Virus record (IMG/VR): IMGVR_UViG_3300012202_000001
Coordinates: 1-60,071 of that record
Length of the DNA stretch: 60,071 nt
Reading direction: 5' to 3' (one strand)
Source of the DNA: a virus
Lineage: Duplodnaviria; Caudoviricetes
The notes under the pieces were generated by a model, which saw nothing but the letters and a program-made list of their open reading frames with translations, was not told where the DNA came from and made no database searches. Numbering within the stretch: the first letter of the stretch is position 1; each line of letters opens with the position of its first letter. Of this stretch, positions 54,344-60,071 are shown one piece after another. A program made the position numbers and the translations under genes.

Positions 54344-54816
54344 AAGAGCACCGTGTTCGGAGCCGCAAACTCCCCAAAATACCTTACCGCCGCCGCATCA
54401 TACGCTCGCGCTGCCGCTTCCTTCGTCTTAAAGTACCCCAGGCTTACCCGCTTCATGTTTACGTATATCTGTGCGTTCCACTTCTCATGCGGCTTGAAAA
54501 ACGTCACTCCCTTGTAACCACTCGTATTGTCCACCCTCAACCGCCGCTGATTATGCTGATTGTTCGCCTGGGTCGCTATCCTTAAATTCTTGCGCCGATT
54601 ATCAAGCGTTACCCCGCTCTTGTGATCCACTATCTTTCCTTCCGGAAACCCCATAATCTCCCGCGCCATACTTACCCGCTTCCCCTTCTTCCCTTTCCTC
54701 TCCGCATACCAGTCCCGATGCCTCTTCCTCGCCACCCACCTGTACCTCCTCAGCCACTCGTAATCCCTTTCATCTACCGCCACCTTCTTCCCCTTCCCTA
54801 ATTCAATTAACTTCAT
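54340..54816 (-). CDS. HNH-AP2 homing endonuclease
   Basis: VDHKSGVTLDNRRKNLR, NTSGYKGV, LGYF.TKEAAARAYDAAA..YFGEFA. Confidence 0.9.
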   Translation of the reverse strand: MKLIELGKGKKVAVDERDYEWLRRYRWVARKRHRDWYAERKGKKGKRVSMAREIMGFPEGKIVDHKSGVTLDNRRKNLRIATQANNQHNQRRLRVDNTSGYKGVTFFKPHEKWNAQIYVNMKRVSLGYFKTKEAAARAYDAAAVRYFGEFAAPNTVLL

Positions 54817-54852
54817 ATCATAGCGTCTACTCTTTACTTCATATCATGTCAA
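54810..54852 (-). promoter_or_regulatory. Leaderless promoter with a tandem 12-bp operator-like repeat
   Basis: TTGACA-17 nt-TAGACG-7 nt-ATG; ATGATATGAAGT occurs at 54836-54847 and 54810-54821. Confidence 0.6.
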
Positions 54853-55201
54853 GTTATTATTTCACTTTCCCGCTTTTTTCTAAAAATCAGCACGCCAAAA
54901 GACGTCAGTGACGCCGTGGGACGGGCCACTCTTGGACAACTATTCCACTCCGACATCCTCTAGACGGGACTAACAAAGGCTTGGACAGTTGGGGATAACA
55001 TGTTGATAATGCTACACCTATGCTAATTCCAGCCAATAGGCAGGGAACGCGGTACCCTGATATGAGAATGACGCGCCAAACCCCCGCCAATCGTCCGCGA
55101 ATAGGGGACTACTTCAGAGCCCACGACGGGCGAATATCACACGACGGGCGGACAGGGGAAAAGCTTTCGTCCGCCATCGTGAGAGGCAGAGAAACCAGAC
55201 G

Positions 55202-55408
55202 ATGATGCGTCAGCGTTGGCGTAAGGTAAACGTTTGTGCATGTGACGTTTGCGGGAAAGAGTGGGAAAGCAAGAAGCAAGCGCGGCAGTGTCCGGAGTGT
55301 GGGACACGTTCATGGAACGGGGCACAGAGGAGCGGGAAGGCGCTGGGGAGAAGGTTGGGGCGAGTGGTGGTACCGGAGAGTGGGAAGGTACGGGAAACGA
55401 GTACGTAG
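55202..55408 (+). CDS. Small Zn-ribbon protein
   Basis: CDVCG.EW..CPECG.RSWN. Confidence 0.6.
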   Translation: MMRQRWRKVNVCACDVCGKEWESKKQARQCPECGTRSWNGAQRSGKALGRRLGRVVVPESGKVRETST

Positions 55409-55483
55409 GCAAGAGGAAAGGCTTCTAGGGTCTATTCTAGAAGCCTCTGTGGAACCGTACCGTTCACGGTTGGAATTGGAAGG

Positions 55484-56212
55484 CTAATCCTGTTCAAACC
55501 TAAACTTTCTGCTGGGTTTGTCAGAGACCAGCTTGTCGAGTTCGGTTTTGATGGCGGCGAGATCGGCGGCAACGTTGCGGCGAAGGTTCTCCGACTCGCG
55601 AAACATATCAGCCGAACGTCCGGAGAGAATTGACCGGCACTGATCGGCCAACGTGGCGAGTTCGCTGTCGTTTGTGACGTTGCGCAAGTCGAAAGTCTTC
55701 AAGAAGTCTGTAACGTTGGTGATGGCAGTATCGCGAAGGATCTTCTGCTTACCGTCATCTGTGGGGGCAAGGCGTTCGCGCAAGTGGGAAACGAGATCGG
55801 CCAAAGATTGGCGCATGACGGCGGTAATCTCATCCGAAGCCGATTGCCACTTGGAAACCTGTTTAGCCTTCTCCTCCTCGAATAGATCGCGAGAGATCGA
55901 TTCCAGCGATTCCGGAGTGCCAAAGGACAGGAATTCCCAGTCGCAATAGAACCGCGAGCGCACCACGTCCGCGCTTGGGTAGTCGCGGGAATTGTAGAGC
56001 GAGCGCAGCCGGACACGCGCATCATCCCGCAGCGATTCATACGCGGTAATGAAGGCTTCCACTTGGATAGCGCGTTTTGCTTTGAAGGCGCGCAAACTGG
56101 TCACCACTTGCGGGATGAGTTTGTTGGGTAGCAGGTAGATGCCGACATCAAACGGTAAGCAGAGATCGTAGAGCGCTCGCCGCATTTCGCCGTCTGATTT
56201 CCGCCACTGCAT
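55484..56212 (-). CDS. DUF3150-like protein, probably N-terminally truncated
   Basis: CLPF..GIYLLP, LYNSRDYPS..VRSRF, FDLRNVTNDSEL, RKFRF. Confidence 0.6.
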   Translation of the reverse strand: MQWRKSDGEMRRALYDLCLPFDVGIYLLPNKLIPQVVTSLRAFKAKRAIQVEAFITAYESLRDDARVRLRSLYNSRDYPSADVVRSRFYCDWEFLSFGTPESLESISRDLFEEEKAKQVSKWQSASDEITAVMRQSLADLVSHLRERLAPTDDGKQKILRDTAITNVTDFLKTFDLRNVTNDSELATLADQCRSILSGRSADMFRESENLRRNVAADLAAIKTELDKLVSDKPSRKFRFEQD

Positions 56213-56402
56213 TTTTGCCGATGTCGTTTACTCCGGAAATTCCCCGCATTACGTCCCACTGCATGAGTGGAGTTTGATTCTGTTTTCCGTTCAAGCTTCC
56301 AATGATGGTTTGCACAGTCGAAACCGAATCCGCCGACCGTGCGGAGATTAGAGGAATCGAGCATCCTCTAGCTTTCCGAAACTGCTCTTGAAAGTTATTC
56401 AC
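56148..56402 (-). pseudogene. N-terminal fragment of a Ycf46-like AAA ATPase
   Basis: FRKAR..SIPLISARSAD..PLMQWDVMRG resembles the N-terminus of such ATPases; no Walker motifs; runs out of frame into the DUF3150-like gene. Confidence 0.45.
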
Positions 56403-56535
56403 CGTTTGCCCCCATGTGCTTAAACAACACAACAATCAAAACAAAACCTGAGATCACTACTCCAACGGGTCCCAGCAAAACCAGAATCGCCACAACTACC
56501 GCCATTGTTACCAGTACGCCTAAGGTCAATTGCAT
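56395..56535 (-). CDS. 46-aa hydrophobic membrane peptide, not in ORF track
   Basis: MQLTLGVLVTMAVVVAILVLLGPVGVVISGFVLIVVLFKHMGANGE; GGAGG upstream. Confidence 0.55.
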   Translation of the reverse strand: MQLTLGVLVTMAVVVAILVLLGPVGVVISGFVLIVVLFKHMGANGE

Positions 56536-56570
56536 GCCCCTGTCCTCCGTCCGGATGTACCGGAGAGATG

Positions 56571-56646
56571 TTTATAGAACGGAATTCAATAGATTGCAAC
56601 AATAAATATTATTTCTATTGACAGATATTCTGCACTCATGCAATAT
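56571..56646. promoter_or_regulatory. Back-to-back divergent promoters in an AT-rich spacer
   Basis: Minus strand: TTGCAA-17 nt-TATAAA (56599-56571); plus strand: TTGACA-17 nt-CAATAT (56618-56646). Confidence 0.6.
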
Positions 56647-56656
56647 TTACTTCGCA

Positions 56657-56860
56657 ATGAAGAACACACAACGGAGTAAAGCGAAAATGCAGAAACGACA
56701 GACGACTAACGACCACAAAACTACGGTGTCGTTTTCGATGTCGCAATTAGTAATCGAACGAGTCAAGACTTTGGCAGCACACGAAGACCGGCCAGTGTCT
56801 TGGATTGCGCAACGACTGATAACCGAAGCCTTGGACGCGCGCGAGGTTCAACGTGCCTAA
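56657..56860 (+). CDS. Ribbon-helix-helix regulator
   Basis: TVSFSMS..VIERVKTLAAHEDRPVSWIAQRLITEAL; similar to 2905-3075. Confidence 0.75.
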   Translation: MKNTQRSKAKMQKRQTTNDHKTTVSFSMSQLVIERVKTLAAHEDRPVSWIAQRLITEALDAREVQRA

Positions 56861-56914
56861 ACTCAACCCCGATTGTCCGGAATCTAATTTTCGACAAACG
56901 AACTGTCACTGCGA

Positions 56915-57463
56915 ATGAGTCTTGTTCAACGAATCCGCGAGCGAGCAGTAAGAGAACAAAGGTTTGAAATTGACGGAGAACAAACCATGACCACTTTGGC
57001 AATTCCCTTTCCCGAACCTTTGGCTGTACCGGGTTGCGTTGGCAGTGTTAACGCCATTGGACTTTGTTTGTTGGCTCGTGGGGTTCCTCGTGGGGCATAT
57101 AGTAGTCCGCTTTATGGCTGGTTGGAGCTACGGGAAAGATTCTTGAATAAACGTCTGCTCTGGGGAGGGCCGGACAAAATGAAAAATGAAGTATTGCGAA
57201 CAGTTTTGACAAGCAGTGTGGCAGAGCACATTCACGCTTTCCGTGCTCTTAATGAATGCTCACAGCAGGACATCATGCGAGGACGCGAAGCGCTGCGCGA
57301 CTGGATCGGGACACAACGGGAAACCACGTTCAAGGACCTGGGAGACCTCGGCGTGCTGTCTGTCCTACTGGAAGAGTTTGCCAACTTCGCAATCTACGTT
57401 AGCGAAGAGTTAAAAGAGGAGAATCGCGATGTCTACCTGTGCCAACGCGGGGGGAATGCGTAA
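56915..57463 (+). CDS. Hypothetical protein
   Basis: ORF; internal GGAG-ATG start possible. Confidence 0.55.
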   Translation: MSLVQRIRERAVREQRFEIDGEQTMTTLAIPFPEPLAVPGCVGSVNAIGLCLLARGVPRGAYSSPLYGWLELRERFLNKRLLWGGPDKMKNEVLRTVLTSSVAEHIHAFRALNECSQQDIMRGREALRDWIGTQRETTFKDLGDLGVLSVLLEEFANFAIYVSEELKEENRDVYLCQRGGNA

Positions 57464-57476
57464 CGACAACTGAGCC

Positions 57477-57623
57477 ATGTCAAACGTAAATTTCGCTTCG
57501 ATTAGAGACTCCATCGTGGACTGGCTGTACACACTCTTTTTAGGGCTGATGTGCGGCTGGGTTCTGTACGGGCTCTATCTCTTGGCGCACATGATTCTGG
57601 AAAGCTTGGGGGTGAGGTGGTGA
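57477..57623 (+). CDS. 48-aa single-TM peptide, not in ORF track
   Basis: MSNVNFASIRDSIVDWLYTLFLGLMCGWVLYGLYLLAHMILESLGVRW; GTGA overlap with the recombinase. Confidence 0.5.
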   Translation: MSNVNFASIRDSIVDWLYTLFLGLMCGWVLYGLYLLAHMILESLGVRW

Positions 57624-58315
57624 AAGCGTTCAGCTACCTTCGCGTCAGCGGCTTGGGGCAAGTCGATCGCGACGGCTTCACTCGGCAAAGAGAGACGATC
57701 CAGAAATACGCCGACTCCAACGACATCGAAATTATTGAAGAGTTCCGCGACGAAGGCGTCCCAGGGAAAACAGAAATGGCTGACCGGCCTGGACTCGCTC
57801 TACTGCTCTCACGACTGGAGACTAACGGGGTCCGGCTGGTGATCGTGGAGATCTCCGACCGACTGGCGCGCGACACCGTGGTGAATGAGTTGATCGTGCG
57901 CGAGTTCCAGAAACTAGGCGTTAAGGTCATCTCCGCGTCTGGGGGAGTAGACCTCACGGCTGGCGACGACCAGAATCCTACGGCAAAGCTTATCCGGCAG
58001 ATCCTAGCGGCTGTGGCTGAGTTTGACCGCTGCATCATCATCCTGAAGACGAAGGCCGCACGCGATCGAGTGCGAGCTAAAAATGGGAAATGCGAAGGCC
58101 GATGGGCGTACGGGAAAAAGCCTGGGGAAGAGTTCGTACTGGCGACCATCCTTCAACTTGCTCACAACGGACACTTTGCGGAATACATCGCCCGGTATTT
58201 GAACGACCAAGGCGCCAAGACGCGCTACGGGAAGACATGGAACTCAGGAACCATCTGGAAAATCATCGCGCGCAACAAACAGGCTTCTTTGAAGCAGAAA
58301 GGTTGCTCTTTATGA
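57620..58315 (+). CDS. Serine recombinase (resolvase family, short C-terminal domain)
   Basis: YLRVS, DEGVPG..RPGL, DRLARD, RQILAAVAEFDR; no Zn-ribbon/coiled-coil domain of large serine integrases. Confidence 0.9.
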   Translation: MKAFSYLRVSGLGQVDRDGFTRQRETIQKYADSNDIEIIEEFRDEGVPGKTEMADRPGLALLLSRLETNGVRLVIVEISDRLARDTVVNELIVREFQKLGVKVISASGGVDLTAGDDQNPTAKLIRQILAAVAEFDRCIIILKTKAARDRVRAKNGKCEGRWAYGKKPGEEFVLATILQLAHNGHFAEYIARYLNDQGAKTRYGKTWNSGTIWKIIARNKQASLKQKGCSL

Positions 58316-58461
58316 GTCGAGTAAAACTTGTAGCGTTTGGGGTGCTGTTGCTGGCAGGAATGGTGCTGGCAGCGTTCGCACCAGCCTTTGCCGATGGTGG
58401 ACCGCTGATTCTGTGTCCTCCAAGGTCGAAGACCTGCGTGTGCACGCTGCCTCGCTGCTAA
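58312..58461 (+). CDS. Secreted Cys-rich micropeptide (49 aa)
   Basis: ATGA-coupled to the recombinase; signal peptide ending AFA; mature DGGPLILCPPRSKTCVCTLPRC. Confidence 0.65.
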   Translation: MSRVKLVAFGVLLLAGMVLAAFAPAFADGGPLILCPPRSKTCVCTLPRC

Positions 58462-58481
58462 AGGGATAGCAAAGCAACACC

Positions 58482-58518
58482 AGCCCCCTTTCGGGTTCCA
58501 GTCCGGAGGGGGCTTTTT
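58482..58518 (+). terminator. Intrinsic terminator between convergent operons
   Basis: AGCCCCCT..AGGGGGCT followed by a T run. Confidence 0.75.
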
Positions 58519-58564
58519 AATTGTATCCATTTCTTCTCCACGATTGAGCCCCCACGACTCCGAA

Positions 58565-59086
58565 CTAGAACGTGGTATCGGAGTCCAAAATTGGACTAAA
58601 AGGCAGCGACGTGCCGGGAGGTAGATCGGGCTTCTTCGCCTTGCGTCGAATCTCCTGCAAAGCTTTTACCGTGTTCGGGTAAGCGAAGGCTTGCTGGAAG
58701 TGTTTTAGGGTGATCTCTTCTTCTCGGATGGTCCAGCGATTCAGCCGTTCGTCTTTCTTCCAAGAATGGATCATGATTCGGGCGCCGGCCAGGAGAACGA
58801 GTTTGGCTTCAAACGACGACAAAACTTTGTTCCGGCGCGTGGCGTGATTGGCTGCGCTGGTCACCTGCACGTAGATGCGCTCTTGCTTCTGGGGATGCTC
58901 TGCGATCAGATCGAAGCAGTTCCACAGATCAACCTTGATTTCGACCAGGGGCGCATGTCCGCACGCTCGACAGGGAACTCGTTTGGCTGGATCCTTTGGC
59001 GGGAATCGTTTGATCGATTCAACCGTGGCGACGAGATAGCCTTCATCGGCGAGGAGTTCGCGCGATCGTACCTGGGGAGTGCTCAT
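58565..59086 (-). CDS. PD-(D/E)XK nuclease, Holliday-junction-resolvase-like
   Basis: LL..EGY.V..VE, DLWNCFDLIA, IYVQVTS. Confidence 0.6.
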   Translation of the reverse strand: MSTPQVRSRELLADEGYLVATVESIKRFPPKDPAKRVPCRACGHAPLVEIKVDLWNCFDLIAEHPQKQERIYVQVTSAANHATRRNKVLSSFEAKLVLLAGARIMIHSWKKDERLNRWTIREEEITLKHFQQAFAYPNTVKALQEIRRKAKKPDLPPGTSLPFSPILDSDTTF

Positions 59087-59790
59087 CGTGCAACCTCGGC
59101 TGGTTTGAACACTCTGGCGATGTGCTGCGCCAGAGGAAAGGGAATCTTGGCTATCTGGGCTGAGGCAGCTTTGCGTTTGGGACTGTTTTTGCCGTGAAGC
59201 CGACCCGGAGAAATCGTTCCGCTTGCTTTCATCTCTGCGTAACTTCCAAACCAGTCACCACTTACCTTTGTGCCTTCTGCGGCTAGGTGCGCCTTTACGG
59301 GTGCCACGCTCACGCCGAATCGCAGATCGCCAGCTACAACACGCCGACCCACCATCCCTACATCGCCCCACAGGTAGTAACTACCGAAATTCGCTCTTGC
59401 TCGCCCTACCCACGGCTGCGCCCCTCTCACATTCTCCACGATCAAGGGAATGTATCGTCCGGCTGCTTCTGAGGCTTCGCGCTGAATTCGAAAACAGGCT
59501 TCGAATAGTGTGTTATCAGGAGGCGGCAGCGCCTTCGCTCGCTGCCATGGCATTGCGCGGTAGGAGTACGCCTGGCACGGCGGACTCGCGACGATCACTG
59601 CCGCGTCTTTGAACTCTGAGCCGTGAATCGAGCGCACGTCGCGCAAAACTAATTCTCCTGGATATCCGCCTGTTCCGTAGTCGTGCGCTTCTATGTCGAA
59701 TCCGATCACGCGGTAACCTTCCGAGAGAAACCCGTCCGCCCATCCGCCGAGACCGCAGTAGAGATCGATGGCCACTGGCTTATTGTCCAT
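59083..59790 (-). CDS. Compact C5-cytosine DNA methyltransferase
   Basis: Motif I AIDLYCGLGG, motif IV SPPCQ, motif VI ENV, C-terminal AKIPFPLA.HIA. Confidence 0.8.
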   Translation of the reverse strand: MDNKPVAIDLYCGLGGWADGFLSEGYRVIGFDIEAHDYGTGGYPGELVLRDVRSIHGSEFKDAAVIVASPPCQAYSYRAMPWQRAKALPPPDNTLFEACFRIQREASEAAGRYIPLIVENVRGAQPWVGRARANFGSYYLWGDVGMVGRRVVAGDLRFGVSVAPVKAHLAAEGTKVSGDWFGSYAEMKASGTISPGRLHGKNSPKRKAASAQIAKIPFPLAQHIARVFKPAEVAR

Positions 59791-60061
59791 GTTCCTTCCG
59801 GTGACATTTTCCGCATAGTCCGCCTTCCACCTGTCCGCGCTTCGGTCCTACGACATCATCTCGAATCGCGCCGCCCATTCCGCGGCTTCCCCGGTGCGAG
59901 ACGTGAAACGAGAAGTTCGATTCGATGTCCGCGACGAAGATAGTCACGCCCCCGCATCTCATGCAGTTTCCACCCTGCTTGTAAAACAACTCGCGCCGGA
60001 ACTCACTGTAGTCCCTTCCCGTCCGCTTCGTCCTTTTGTCCTTTGTCTTGATGATCGGCAT
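59780..60061 (-). CDS. Small HNH/Zn-finger nuclease-like protein
   Basis: CMRCG..HVSH..LCGKCH.KEH. Confidence 0.65.
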   Translation of the reverse strand: MPIIKTKDKRTKRTGRDYSEFRRELFYKQGGNCMRCGGVTIFVADIESNFSFHVSHRGSRGMGGAIRDDVVGPKRGQVEGGLCGKCHRKEHGQ

Positions 60062-60071
60062 GTAGGGTCCA
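59949..60071. repeat. Terminal direct repeat (right copy)
   Basis: Identical to 1-123. Confidence 0.95.

Noticed and set aside
55121-55150. CACGACGGGCG direct repeat
   Set aside because: Only two short copies inside a weak ORF; no further support
1-60071. CRISPR array, tRNA genes, reverse transcriptase/DGR/retron
   Set aside because: No regular repeat-spacer array, cloverleaf with T-loop consensus, RT motifs or template/variable repeat pair seen by eye; tRNAscan and CRISPR finders were not run
1-60071. Alternative genetic code
   Set aside because: Genes are full length and densely packed under the standard code, with all three stop codons in use

Overview
Apparently complete, circularly assembled tailed-phage genome of about 59.95 kb; bases 1-123 are repeated exactly at 59949-60071. 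The virion module is podovirus-like: intein-containing large terminase, portal, scaffold, major capsid, adaptor/nozzle-like proteins and three probable ejection proteins, with no tape measure protein. Other modules are a Tlde1-family lysis cassette, Bet/exonuclease recombination genes, a C5 DNA methylase, a small serine recombinase and a Tad2-like anti-defence protein. There are at least nine free-standing homing endonuclease genes. No DNA polymerase, primase, helicase, tyrosine integrase, tRNA or CRISPR array was recognised. The most notable features are: (i) a ~9 kb translationally coupled operon with five glycosyltransferases, four SAM methyltransferases and a B12-dependent radical SAM enzyme; (ii) a ~390 nt structured non-coding region at the head of the replication operon, with a predicted antisense counter-transcript in a layout like ColE1 RNAII/RNAI; (iii) a stand-alone HisKA-like mini-protein inside the lysis cassette; (iv) a secreted 4-Cys micropeptide coupled to the recombinase. 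An Acidobacteriota host is an inference from the style of the accessory proteins. All family calls come from motifs recognised by eye; no database searches were run.
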